This document shows positions 20,601-29,708 of a DNA stretch of 64,000 nt, one piece after another. How positions within the stretch are numbered: the first letter of the stretch is position 1; the number at the start of each line of letters is the position of its first letter. The DNA is from an uncultured Bacillota bacterium. Its GTDB lineage: Bacteria; Bacillota_I; Bacilli_A; RFN20; CAG-631. The stretch covers positions 1,463 to 65,462 of the forward strand of contig CAJJXN010000001.1 of assembly GCA_905197115.1 (NCBI GenBank). Reading direction: 5' to 3'. Made by a program: the position numbers and the translations under genes. The notes under the pieces are model-generated. The model ran no database searches. It saw nothing but the letters and a program-made list of their open reading frames with translations, and was not told the origin of the DNA.

Positions 20601-21140
20601 TTATTCTTCGATTTCAATTACTCCATATCCACCATCGTGTCTTTTATAAACAACAGATACAGATTGATCTTCTTGATCCAAATAAATAAAGAAGTTATGA
20701 CCTAATGCATCCATTGACATAATAGCATCATCTAAAGTCATTGGCGTTGGACGTAAAGTCTTTGTACGAACGAAGATATCTTCTTGTTTTTCATTTTCCG
20801 ATAAAATTTCATTTAAAACAAAAGCTTTTCCTAGATTTGTTTTAGAATTGGTTCTATCTAATTTTGTTTTTACCTTACGAATTTGTGATTCTAATTTTTC
20901 TTTAGCAATGTCTATTGCCTCTAAAACATCTTCTGCTTCTACTTCACTACGTAGAACAAGAAATTTTGTTGGTATGGTAATTTCCACCTTTTCTTTCACA
21001 CCATGGCTTTTGACAACTACTCTACATTCTAATTCTTCACTTTTATAAAGAATTTTTTCTAAACGCGAAAGTTTTGCAATTACACTTTCTTCAACTTGCT
21101 TTGATAAGCGCACACCATTTTTAACAACTGTATATTTCAT
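20601..21140 (-). CDS. hpf: ribosome hibernation-promoting factor, long form
   Basis: S30EA/YfiA N-domain plus a C-terminal dimerisation domain (LDDAIMSMDALGHNFFIY...VYKRHDGGYGVIE). Confidence 0.85.
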   Translation of the reverse strand: MKYTVVKNGVRLSKQVEESVIAKLSRLEKILYKSEELECRVVVKSHGVKEKVEITIPTKFLVLRSEVEAEDVLEAIDIAKEKLESQIRKVKTKLDRTNSKTNLGKAFVLNEILSENEKQEDIFVRTKTLRPTPMTLDDAIMSMDALGHNFFIYLDQEDQSVSVVYKRHDGGYGVIEIEE

Positions 21141-21205
21141 AACAAAATCTCCCTTCTTTCTAATTTTATTATAACATGAAATTAAAAAGAATAGACAATT
21201 TATTT

Positions 21206-22213
21206 TTAATAGTGAATTTCTTCAATGTTTTTGATATCAATCGTTCTTGTTTTATTTTCTATTTCTTTAATCATTGAAACTAATGCTTTATTTAATGGAG
21301 TAGGAACCTTATATTCTGTTCCAAGCTTTGCAATATAGCCATTGAAAAAGTCAATTTCAGTTTTTTGACCTCTTTCTAAAGATTGTAAAGAAGAAGATTT
21401 TAAGTGACGATATTTTTTTCCAACGATCTTAATAATTAGATGGTTGATAAAGTTCCCTATTTTTGAATTGCGATGGTATAACTTATAATAATTTAATTTT
21501 CCTCCATATGGTGGTATTTGAATGCCTTTAGCGATGGCTACAGCGGTTGCTTCTTTAATAATATCTAAAAATAAATTACGAATGGATTTATGTTTCATCA
21601 TTTCACCTAATGTAATGCCTGTAATCGCTCCTAAAGAGGTAATGCATGAATTAATAATTAATTTAGAATATAAAAATTCATAGATATTGTCGACAATTTC
21701 GGTTTCAAAAGTAGTAGATAAACATTGTTTTACAACATTTAAATCTCCCTTGAAAGTTTTTGAAATCGTACCGATTACAAAGTTGCCAGTACTTGTAATT
21801 TCGATATGTCCTCTTTGTGTCATTGTAGAACCATATCCAACTACACAACCTACGCTACGATCTTTTCCCACTATTTCTTCATAAATATCTGTGCAAATAC
21901 CATTTTGTAAAGAGACAACACTACTATTATCTTTTAAAAATGGCAATAGTTTAATTAAACTTTCTTTGACATCATATGCTTTTGTTGCAATCAAAGCTAT
22001 ATCATAAAGCCCTTCTAATTCTTCAATCGTTGCTACAGCTTTCATGGTTTGGGTAAAACTTCCTTTTACCCCGGTTATGGATAATCCTTCATTTTGAATT
22101 AAATCAACATAATCTTGATGTTTTGCAACTACTGTAATATCATAATTTTCTTTTTTTAAACAAGCAGCGATGGAACCTCCAATAGCACCAACACCAATTA
22201 AAACAATTCTCAT
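21206..22213 (-). CDS. ketopantoate reductase family (ApbA/PanE) oxidoreductase
   Basis: MRIVLIGVGAIGG Rossmann N-terminus. 335 aa. Confidence 0.7.
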   Translation of the reverse strand: MRIVLIGVGAIGGSIAACLKKENYDITVVAKHQDYVDLIQNEGLSITGVKGSFTQTMKAVATIEELEGLYDIALIATKAYDVKESLIKLLPFLKDNSSVVSLQNGICTDIYEEIVGKDRSVGCVVGYGSTMTQRGHIEITSTGNFVIGTISKTFKGDLNVVKQCLSTTFETEIVDNIYEFLYSKLIINSCITSLGAITGITLGEMMKHKSIRNLFLDIIKEATAVAIAKGIQIPPYGGKLNYYKLYHRNSKIGNFINHLIIKIVGKKYRHLKSSSLQSLERGQKTEIDFFNGYIAKLGTEYKVPTPLNKALVSMIKEIENKTRTIDIKNIEEIHY

Positions 22214-22225
22214 CTTAATTTCCCC

Positions 22226-23371
22226 CTATGAATGTAAATATTTTTTTAGTATTTCAACTTTGTCTAATTCTTCCCAACGAACAGAAATGTCATGACGTCC
22301 AATATGTCCATAACTTGCAAGTTGTCTAAATTGAGGCTTTCTTAGATCAAGTTCTTGAATAATTTCTTGTGGTTTAAGTGGAAAATTTTCAAATATAGCT
22401 TGTAATATTTTTTCTTCTGGAATCGCATTTGTGTGGAATGTATCAATCATAACGGAAGCAGGTTCAGCTTTACCAATAATATAAGCTAATTGAATTTCGC
22501 ATTTTTTTGCTAATTTGGCGGCGACGATATTTTTAGCAATGTAGCGAGCCATATAAGCCGCGCTACGATCTACTTTAGTGCAATCTTTACCACTAAATGC
22601 ACCACCACCATGGCGCGCACTGCCACCATAGGTGTCAACTATGATTTTTCTACCTGTTAATCCAACATCGCCTTTTGGTCCTCCAATGACAAATTTTCCT
22701 GTTGGATTGATTTCGACTTTGAAGTCTGTGTTCATATTAAAAGATTTTGCAACTTCTATCATTATTTTTTCTTTAATAAATTGTTTGAATTCTCTTTTTT
22801 TATAATCAGGGTCATGTTGAACAGACATTAAAACAGTGAGTAACTTAGGATGATTTGGGTCGGTATAGTCCACTGTCACTTGAGATTTCATATCAGGACG
22901 AGCCCATTTAAATTGACCATTTTTGCGTAAATTAGTAGCAACTCTAACCAATTTATGAGCCATAACAATTGGTAAAGGCATATATCCTTTTGTTTCATCT
23001 GTTGCATAGCCAAACATAATTCCTTGATCCCCAGCGCCTTGAGCATCCACCCCTCTTGCTATATCGGGAGATTGTTGTTTGACATAAACATCAATTTTAC
23101 ATGTTTTTGCATCTAAACCATACTTTTTATCGGTATAGCCTACATCTTCCATAACTTTTCGTGCGATTTGTTTATAGTCAATTTGTGCTTTTGTTGTGAT
23201 TTCACCGCCAATAATTAAGTGATTTGTTGTAACATAGCATTCACAAGCAACACGACTATAAGGGTCTTGTTTTAAACATTCGTCTAAAATAGCATCAGAA
23301 ATTTGATCACATAGTTTGTCTGGATGTCCTTCTGATACAGATTCAGACGTAAATACTTTTTTTAAATTCAT
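22226..23371 (-). CDS. metK: S-adenosylmethionine synthetase
   Basis: GGGAFSGKD and DAQGAGDQGIMFGYA signature blocks. Confidence 0.95.
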   Translation of the reverse strand: MNLKKVFTSESVSEGHPDKLCDQISDAILDECLKQDPYSRVACECYVTTNHLIIGGEITTKAQIDYKQIARKVMEDVGYTDKKYGLDAKTCKIDVYVKQQSPDIARGVDAQGAGDQGIMFGYATDETKGYMPLPIVMAHKLVRVATNLRKNGQFKWARPDMKSQVTVDYTDPNHPKLLTVLMSVQHDPDYKKREFKQFIKEKIMIEVAKSFNMNTDFKVEINPTGKFVIGGPKGDVGLTGRKIIVDTYGGSARHGGGAFSGKDCTKVDRSAAYMARYIAKNIVAAKLAKKCEIQLAYIIGKAEPASVMIDTFHTNAIPEEKILQAIFENFPLKPQEIIQELDLRKPQFRQLASYGHIGRHDISVRWEELDKVEILKKYLHS

Positions 23372-23391
23372 GTTAATTCTCTCTCCTCATT

Positions 23392-23550
23392 CTAAATAAA
23401 AAAGCTCTCCTAAGAGGAAAGCTCAGTTTTAGAAATAAGCTTTCTCTTATCGTTCGAAGTTGCCTTCGCTGAGGATAAAGCACCTACTTTTTCAAGGGTT
23501 GCTACCACGTCATCGATTCCTTCAATCTAGTGGTTCTAAATAAGAGTCTT
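23392..23550 (-). promoter_or_regulatory. SAM-I (S-box) riboswitch with intrinsic terminator, leader of metK
   Basis: Minus-strand RNA reads CTCTTATTTAGAACCAC...GTGGTAGCAACCC...GTAGGTGCTTTATCCTCAGCG...GATAAGAGA. This matches the S-box P1 to P4 consensus blocks (CTCTTATC, GCAACC, GGTGC..ATCC.GCAG, AGATGAGAG), then GAGCTTTCCTCTTAGGAGAGCTTTTTT. Confidence 0.75.
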
Positions 23551-23568
23551 TTTTATTTTGCTTAGTTA

Positions 23569-23775
23569 TTATATATCTTTTTTATTAGAAGAGTCAAGAC
23601 TTGTATGTTTTGATGATTCTTTTTCATTGCGAAAACGCAAAACTTGATCCATTTCAATTTTTGTGATTGCGGTAATGACATCATCTTCAACGCCTAATTC
23701 ATATAAAGTATTGGCGATTTGCATTTGTCTTTTTTGGTATAGTTCTTTTTCGTTAAGTTCTTTCATTTTTATCAC
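23569..23775 (-). CDS. small hypothetical protein (68 aa)
   Basis: ORF only; no recognisable motif. Confidence 0.3.
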   Translation of the reverse strand: MIKMKELNEKELYQKRQMQIANTLYELGVEDDVITAITKIEMDQVLRFRNEKESSKHTSLDSSNKKDI

Positions 23776-23817
23776 CTAATTTTAGTGTCTCCTAAAACAA
23801 AGTGATTAAACAAGAAA

Positions 23818-24069
23818 TTATAAATTTTTTAAAGCTTTACTTAATTGATCGGGGCAAGATGTTTGTTTAAAACCACATTTGATATCCTTTAATCGAGAGA
23901 TTACTTCTTCAATTGGCATTCCTTCTACTAACTTTCCAATTCCTTGAAGATTACCATTGCATCCACCTAAAAATTGAACATTGTAAACTTTTCCGTCTTG
24001 TACATCAAAATCAATCATTTTTGAGCAAGTTCCATTTGTTTGATAGCGATAGTGTTTCATTTTCATCAT
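23818..24069 (-). CDS. TIGR03905-family TSCPD-domain small protein
   Basis: 83 aa, MKHYRYQTNGTCS...QTSCPDQL, matching the TSCPD signature. Confidence 0.6.
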   Translation of the reverse strand: MMKMKHYRYQTNGTCSKMIDFDVQDGKVYNVQFLGGCNGNLQGIGKLVEGMPIEEVISRLKDIKCGFKQTSCPDQLSKALKNL

Positions 24070-24166
24070 CCTTTTTAAATATTATACTTTGTTTCTTTTT
24101 TTAAAAAAAGAGTTTTGTATGTTTTATTTGATTCATATGATGGTATTAGTAAAAGGGGATTATAAT

Positions 24167-24856
24167 ATGAAAAAATTTTTTTTATTTATTCTTTCGTTTT
24201 TTTTATTATGTAGTTGTCAAAAACAAGAGCAACCTGTAGATGGTGCTGTTTATGCAAAAGTATATAGTCATTATAAAACATTAGAACCTTATTTATGTTT
24301 GACATTTGATGATGGACCGGATAAAGTTCAAACACCAAAAGTCTTAGAATTATTAAAAAAATATAATGTAAAAGCTACTTTTTTTGTTTTAGGTGAAGAA
24401 GTAGAGTATCAAAAGAAAATGTTAAAAACAGTTTATGATGCGGGTCATGAAATTGGAAATCATTTCTTTACACATGTTAATATTCATAAATTAACACAAA
24501 AAGAAATCAAAGATGCTATTATAAAAAACAATGAATTAATTGAAGAAGTAATAGGTGTAAAACCGACATTAGTTCGTCCTCCATATGGTATTGTTACGGA
24601 TAATTTAAAAAAAGTTTGTAAAGAATTAGATATGGACATTATATTATGGAATAAAGACTCAAAAGATTGGGATAAAACGCCAGATTCTACAATCATTAAA
24701 CAAATGTTAAACAAACCATCTAATGGTGATATCATGTTGTTTCATGATGGAAGTAAAACATATACTAACACTTTGTCATCTTTAGATGTGATTATCCCGA
24801 CTTTGCAAAAGAAAAACTTTGAATTTGTTAGTGTTTCAAAGCTTCTTTCTCATTAA
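24167..24856 (+). CDS. polysaccharide deacetylase (NodB-homology) lipoprotein
   Basis: LLCSC lipobox, TFDDGPD motif, HFFTH. Start set at the ATG at 24167 with an AAAGGGGA RBS. Confidence 0.8.
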   Translation: MKKFFLFILSFFLLCSCQKQEQPVDGAVYAKVYSHYKTLEPYLCLTFDDGPDKVQTPKVLELLKKYNVKATFFVLGEEVEYQKKMLKTVYDAGHEIGNHFFTHVNIHKLTQKEIKDAIIKNNELIEEVIGVKPTLVRPPYGIVTDNLKKVCKELDMDIILWNKDSKDWDKTPDSTIIKQMLNKPSNGDIMLFHDGSKTYTNTLSSLDVIIPTLQKKNFEFVSVSKLLSH

Positions 24857-25427
24857 TATATTTTTGGTATTGTTCTTTTATTTTCAAAGAAATTGTATAA
24901 TACAAGTCTTTTGTATTCTCGTAGTTATTTGTTTCGTTTGTTTGATAAGGGAAGGTCTCTTCATAAATTTTTCCTTCGTCAAATAAAATAAGGCATTCAT
25001 TTTTAGAAAAATAAACGTCTAACAAGACGAGGTCTTTTTTAGAATTGCTCAACAAAGTATGATAATAAATGGCAACTTCTTTTTGATAATCAATAACAGG
25101 CTGAATGGTTACTTTTTCAATTAAATCTAATTCTAAACAAACGTTATGTTCTTTAAAGTCACAAAAGATATAGTCAATAAATAAAACGGGATTAATTATG
25201 GCTTGATTTATACGTGTGTCTATAATTTTTTTTCGAATGAAGTGTAATTGAATCAAAGGAGTGAAAGAAAAAATCACGGCTAGCATTAAAAAGATTAATG
25301 CTAGGATGTCTAAAATACCCCAGTATTTTTTAAAATGTGCAAAGATAGCTAAAGTAACACTTATAACCATAAAAAGAATTGCAAAACAATAAAAAATGTT
25401 TATTTTAATTTTTTTTTCATTTTTCAT
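24828..25427 (-). CDS. hypothetical membrane protein
   Basis: Two N-terminal TM helices; no known domain. Confidence 0.4.
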   Translation of the reverse strand: MKNEKKIKINIFYCFAILFMVISVTLAIFAHFKKYWGILDILALIFLMLAVIFSFTPLIQLHFIRKKIIDTRINQAIINPVLFIDYIFCDFKEHNVCLELDLIEKVTIQPVIDYQKEVAIYYHTLLSNSKKDLVLLDVYFSKNECLILFDEGKIYEETFPYQTNETNNYENTKDLYYTISLKIKEQYQKYINEKEALKH

Positions 25428-25763
25428 ACTACCATCCCCTATATAACTAATAATTATAGCATATTTTAAAGGATTTTAATCGATTTTTATTTTCAATTAA
25501 TTCTCTTTCTTCCTTTATTATACCATTAAAAATAAAAAAGCAAGTTTTTTCTTGCTTTTTTGTCAAATTAAATTATCAACTTTATATTTTTTAATACTAA
25601 TTTTTGAATAAATTAGTATTTTTGTTTGATTTAAAAAATAAAAAAAGACTTTTTTTAAAATAAATATATTTTTTAAATAGAGAGGCTTTAAAGAAAGGAT
25701 GAAAGTAATGGCATAAATTTAAAAAGTAAAAAAAACAAAAAAAGAGAGAAAGGAACTATAAAT

Positions 25764-27509
25764 ATGAAACAACGCTTTTTAATGAATGTATTATTTTTAC
25801 TGAATGTAGTAGTTAATCAAAATATTGAATTTGGATTAAATAAAAATGAAGTTTGGCAGTTTAAAAGTAATTTAAGTTATCATGAAAAAAAGAGACAGAC
25901 AAATAAATTAATTAAGGGAGAGAAGTTAAATTTAATCGATTTATCTGAAAATACAGGAGATTTTTTATATTCAGATGCAGTGTTATTAAAAGATAGAAGT
26001 TATGTTCTAGCGTTAGCTGTAGACAAAGGATTAGCAATTGAAAATATAGAACTTGAAATTGTCCAAAAGGATCAAACATCTATAACCATTAATGGTAAAC
26101 CTTTAAAAGTCGATGTTGAAGAAGATATTGGTTATCCAACTGGCGGTGGTACTTATATTGGTACAGAATGTGAATGGCTTTGTGTTCCTTTTGAATCTTT
26201 AACTGAAACACTTTTTTTGTATAGTATTGAATTTATAAATCCAACCTTAGATGATATTCAAGCTTTAATGTTATATGAAGGAATTGAGTTAATGCAAGAT
26301 AGTTTTTATTCAGACTATGAAAAAATATCAGGTCCTTTAATATCTGGAAGCGTAGGAACTTATTACGCCAACGTGGATAATCCTGTAACTGTCGAATATT
26401 TGCAATCTTTATTGACTGCCATAGATGAAACGGATGGAGATATAACAGATAAAATTATAATAGTAAAAGATACGTATTCAAGCAATAAGAATAAAATTGG
26501 CGAATATGAGATTGTGTTTAGTGTAAGTGATTCGGCCGGTAATACTTCCACTTTTACATTGATTGTTTATGTACAAGACAAGACAGCTCCCATTATTAAT
26601 GGTCCTGATTATTTAAACTATAGTTATACAAATTTAGTGGATATAGAAGAAATCAAAAACAACTTTAGTGTAACAGATAACGTAGATGAAAATGTAGAAT
26701 TATTAGTTGAAAGTGATCACTATACAGCGAATGCGAATGTACCAGGAACGTATGAAATTGTTTTTTCAGCGATAGATAGTTTGGGGAATAAGTCAGCAAA
26801 AAAAGTTGAGATAAGAGTAATAGATGATGTTGAACCTATAATTAATGGCCCAGACAAAATAGAAAAATCTTTGTCTAGTTATGTATCAATTCAAGAAATC
26901 TTAGCTAATTACACGGCTGAAGATGATATTGATGGAATATTAGAACTGAATATTATTAAAGATACTTATACAGATAACAATAAAAAAGTTGGAGTTTATT
27001 CAATTACCATTTCAGCAACTGATTATTCTAATAATGCAGCAACTAAAACTATCCAAGTAGAAGTGTTTGATGATATCAAACCGATTTGGTATATTCAAGG
27101 AGAAAGCAATTTACTTATTAATGTTGATTATTCTTTGAAACTGGATGAAATAGATATAAAAAGAGTTTTATCTCGTGAGAAAAAAATTAGATTAGAAGAT
27201 TTTGAACTTATTTTAATAGAAGATAAAGATGATTATTTTGTGACTGAAGTTCCTGAAATAAGAAAATATAAATTGACGTTTTTAATTCAAACTCTAAAAA
27301 TGAAAGAAGAACTAAATGTTATATTAAATGTTGTGGAAATGAAAAAAACAGACCAAGACTTACCTACCTCAAAAAGTGAACCATCATGGTTTATAAAAGT
27401 TTTCGATTTCAAACATCAGTCTTATGGAGCAATTGGAGTAGAATGTCTTGCTATTTTATTATTAGGATATTTAATTTATGTGTTGAATAAAAGGCATGAA
27501 AAACAATAA
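25764..27509 (+). CDS. cell-surface protein with tandem Ig-like (DUF5011-type) domains and C-terminal TM anchor
   Basis: Three repeats of the pattern DxxxPIINGPD...Y...I...V.A.D..GN (about 90 aa each). C-terminal hydrophobic anchor followed by KRHEKQ. Confidence 0.55.
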   Translation: MKQRFLMNVLFLLNVVVNQNIEFGLNKNEVWQFKSNLSYHEKKRQTNKLIKGEKLNLIDLSENTGDFLYSDAVLLKDRSYVLALAVDKGLAIENIELEIVQKDQTSITINGKPLKVDVEEDIGYPTGGGTYIGTECEWLCVPFESLTETLFLYSIEFINPTLDDIQALMLYEGIELMQDSFYSDYEKISGPLISGSVGTYYANVDNPVTVEYLQSLLTAIDETDGDITDKIIIVKDTYSSNKNKIGEYEIVFSVSDSAGNTSTFTLIVYVQDKTAPIINGPDYLNYSYTNLVDIEEIKNNFSVTDNVDENVELLVESDHYTANANVPGTYEIVFSAIDSLGNKSAKKVEIRVIDDVEPIINGPDKIEKSLSSYVSIQEILANYTAEDDIDGILELNIIKDTYTDNNKKVGVYSITISATDYSNNAATKTIQVEVFDDIKPIWYIQGESNLLINVDYSLKLDEIDIKRVLSREKKIRLEDFELILIEDKDDYFVTEVPEIRKYKLTFLIQTLKMKEELNVILNVVEMKKTDQDLPTSKSEPSWFIKVFDFKHQSYGAIGVECLAILLLGYLIYVLNKRHEKQ

Positions 27510-27943
27510 TAAAGAGGATATTGACTTATCCTCTTTTTAATAGATATTTATAATAAATACTTATAACTATGAAAGATATGAAGTAGATGAATCGATTTCA
27601 TTATGGTTGAAATATTTAAAAGAATATATAGATAAAGTTCTTCCAAGCCCAAAAACTTTATTAAAAGAAAAAAAGAAATCAAATAGCTAATTTAGGTTTA
27701 ACTCATTCATCAAAGAGAGGTCATCATAGCAATATTAAATTAGATAAAAATCCGAATCCATTATCCCAAGAAAAGCATATTTAAGAGATGAATTTCCAGT
27801 TTGATGATGAAATTTACTTAAAACTAATGTATTGAAAAGGTATAAGATTGCAGATTCAGATATACCAAAAGTATTGAAAAATAAAAAAAAGATAAGCATT
27901 AGGTGGTAGTCATTAGCTACCACAGGCTATATCCAATAATATT

Positions 27944-28062
27944 TGAATTAATATTATGAAAAAAATCAAATAAAAAGATTTAATCAAGATGGTTTATGGA
28001 AAAAAGTAATAAAAAAGCAATAAGCGATGATAAAAAATCTTGTTTAAATACTGCCGTAAAGT
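27944..28062. repeat. about 110-bp direct repeat, copy 1 (partner at 28749-28862)
   Basis: aatcaaataaaaagatttaatcaagatggtttatggaaaaaagtaataaaaaagca...atgataaaaaatcttgtttaaatac versus the second copy; about 90% identity by eye. Confidence 0.6.
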
Positions 28063-28338
28063 AGTAATAAGGAAATGCCAAATAAAAGAAGGAAGAGATT
28101 CATTTTGTTGAATTATATTTTAACCAAATTTTAAATAAAACGATTATTTTAAATGATTTAGAAATTGAAATTCTAAAACAAATAGGTTTGTTTGAATAAA
28201 TTGATTAGATGCTAAAGTAATAAAGGGGCGTTTATTTATGAAATGAATAGAATTTTATCTTTATGAAAAAAAAGAAATAGAAAAGACTTATCCAGATTCA
28301 TTTACTAGTTTAATTGAGTATTTAAAGGATGTGGCTTA

Positions 28339-28686
28339 ATGGGAAAGAAACGTTATCAAGAGGGAAAAATTTATATAACCAATGATAGTCTGTTTTCTCA
28401 TGATGGTTATTCAAAGGCTAATAGAAGAGTGGTTGTTCTAAATAATGATAAAACGCAAGCTACAGTTTGTAGAATTAAGTCATTAAAGGATAAAGATGGT
28501 AAAGTTCGAGAAAAATTAATTCCCATAGAAAATTATCCATGTTTAACAAAACCTAGTGGAGTAGAACCATATCTCAAAAAACAAACGGTTAGAGGTAGTA
28601 AATTTAATGTTAATAAAATGAAGCCTACAACAAGTCGCTTGAATAAGTGGGATATGAAGAAAGTTAAAAATGGAATTAAAAAATAA
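28339..28686 (+). CDS. small basic protein with weak PemK/MazF-like core (putative solitary toxin homolog)
   Basis: 115 aa. AAGGATG RBS. GKIYITND...RRVVVLNNDKTQATVCRIKS resembles GD(I/V)Y.VD...RP.LVVSND...V.VVPLTS of MazF/PemK. Confidence 0.3.
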   Translation: MGKKRYQEGKIYITNDSLFSHDGYSKANRRVVVLNNDKTQATVCRIKSLKDKDGKVREKLIPIENYPCLTKPSGVEPYLKKQTVRGSKFNVNKMKPTTSRLNKWDMKKVKNGIKK

Positions 28687-28748
28687 AAAGTGCCCTATAA
28701 CCATCTATAGGGCTCGGTAGATATAAATTAATATCTACTTAAAATCAT

Positions 28749-28862
28749 TATTATTATATGCAAAAAATTAAAAAAAATCAAATAAAAAGCTTTAATCAAG
28801 ATGTTTTATGAAAAAAGTAATAAAAAAGCAGTAAATAATGATAAAACATCTTGTTTAAATAC
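28749..28862. repeat. about 110-bp direct repeat, copy 2
   Basis: See copy 1; the two copies flank the 28339-28686 ORF. Confidence 0.6.
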
Positions 28863-28989
28863 AGATATAGTGAAGAGTCAATGACCATGCATTATATCCA
28901 ATCACAAAGGGAAGATTAGTTAAAAATGATAAGAGAAATGGAAAATTCGATACAAAAAAAATAATAAAATTTACATTAATTTACATTCG

Positions 28990-29021
28990 AAAAAATGAAA
29001 AAGCCCTAAATTTAGGGCTTA
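28990..29021 (-). terminator. rho-independent terminator downstream of tRNA-Thr
   Basis: aagccctaaa/tttagggctt perfect 10-bp stem, followed by a T-tract on the minus strand. Confidence 0.7.
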
Positions 29022-29030
29022 TTTTAAAAA

Positions 29031-29104
29031 TGGTGCCACTACGGTGAATCGAACACCGAACTAATCCTTACCATGGATTTGTTATGCCATTTAACTATAG
29101 TGGC
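29031..29104 (-). tRNA. tRNA-Thr (anticodon GGT)
   Basis: Manual fold: 7-bp acceptor GCCACTA/TAGTGGC, D-stem GTTA/TAAC with GG in the loop, anticodon stem AATCC/GGATT with loop ATGGTAA, T-arm CGGTG-TTCGATT-CACCG, discriminator A, encoded CCA. Confidence 0.9.
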
Positions 29105-29144
29105 GCAAATACTATTTTATAGATATTTGCATCATTTGTCAAAA

Positions 29145-29687
29145 CTATATGAAATTTTCTTTCATAAAATCACTAATTTTGGAAATAATTTCTGGTTCTA
29201 AAATAATTTTGCCATTTTCGTGTTTATTCATGCGATTAATTCTTCGCTTGCAAATAGATCGTATTGCATCTAATTTTAAATAAGAATGAGCATGGTTATG
29301 ATTCTCAATATTTAATTCTTCAATAACGCCTAAATCAAGAGAAAGTTTTGAACCTTGTATAGGTTTACTTGATAAAGGTATTACAATTACATTTCCAAGA
29401 TCAATAGCCCATACTACAGCATAATGTCCTTTTTTGTTTCTATCAGATAACTCCGTACCTACATTTATGCCAAACTCTACCCACACGACATCTCCTTTTT
29501 TTAAATCGTCGGGTTGAGGACAATAACTACTTTTTTGTGATGTTTGTTTTAAATAATTTGCTTTTTTCTCGAACCAGTCGACAAATTCTAAAGCAACTTC
29601 AGAATCAATGGAAGCTAATTTCTTTTCTATATTTTTTGTGATTTTTAAAAATTTCTGTTGCGCTTTAAAATCACTTTGAAATTTCAA
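29145..29687 (-). CDS. PemK/MazF-family toxin-like protein with about 60-aa N-terminal extension, no adjacent antitoxin gene
   Basis: KKGDVVWVEFGINVGTELSDRNKKGHYAVVWAID..NVIVIPLSS...LDAIRSICKRRI parallels EndoA/MazF [29 protein letters not shown]...AIVAAITAQ...EQIRTIDKQRL. Apparent TTG start with an AAGGTGAT SD. Confidence 0.5.
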   Translation of the reverse strand: MKFQSDFKAQQKFLKITKNIEKKLASIDSEVALEFVDWFEKKANYLKQTSQKSSYCPQPDDLKKGDVVWVEFGINVGTELSDRNKKGHYAVVWAIDLGNVIVIPLSSKPIQGSKLSLDLGVIEELNIENHNHAHSYLKLDAIRSICKRRINRMNKHENGKIILEPEIISKISDFMKENFI

Positions 29688-29708
29688 ACAAACATCACCT
29701 TCTTTGCA

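Noticed and set aside
27735-27923. 62-aa ORF in the decayed region upstream of tRNA-Thr
   Set aside because: No RBS, low-complexity sequence, and surrounded by dense stops in all frames. More likely pseudogene debris.
27944-28862. ~110-bp direct repeats around the 115-aa MazF-like ORF considered as a type III (ToxI-like) RNA antitoxin
   Set aside because: ToxI/AntiQ-type antitoxins are short (about 35 nt) tandem repeats immediately upstream of the toxin. Here there are two long copies about 800 bp apart on opposite sides of the ORF. Retained only as a speculative alternative in the tRNA-islet finding.
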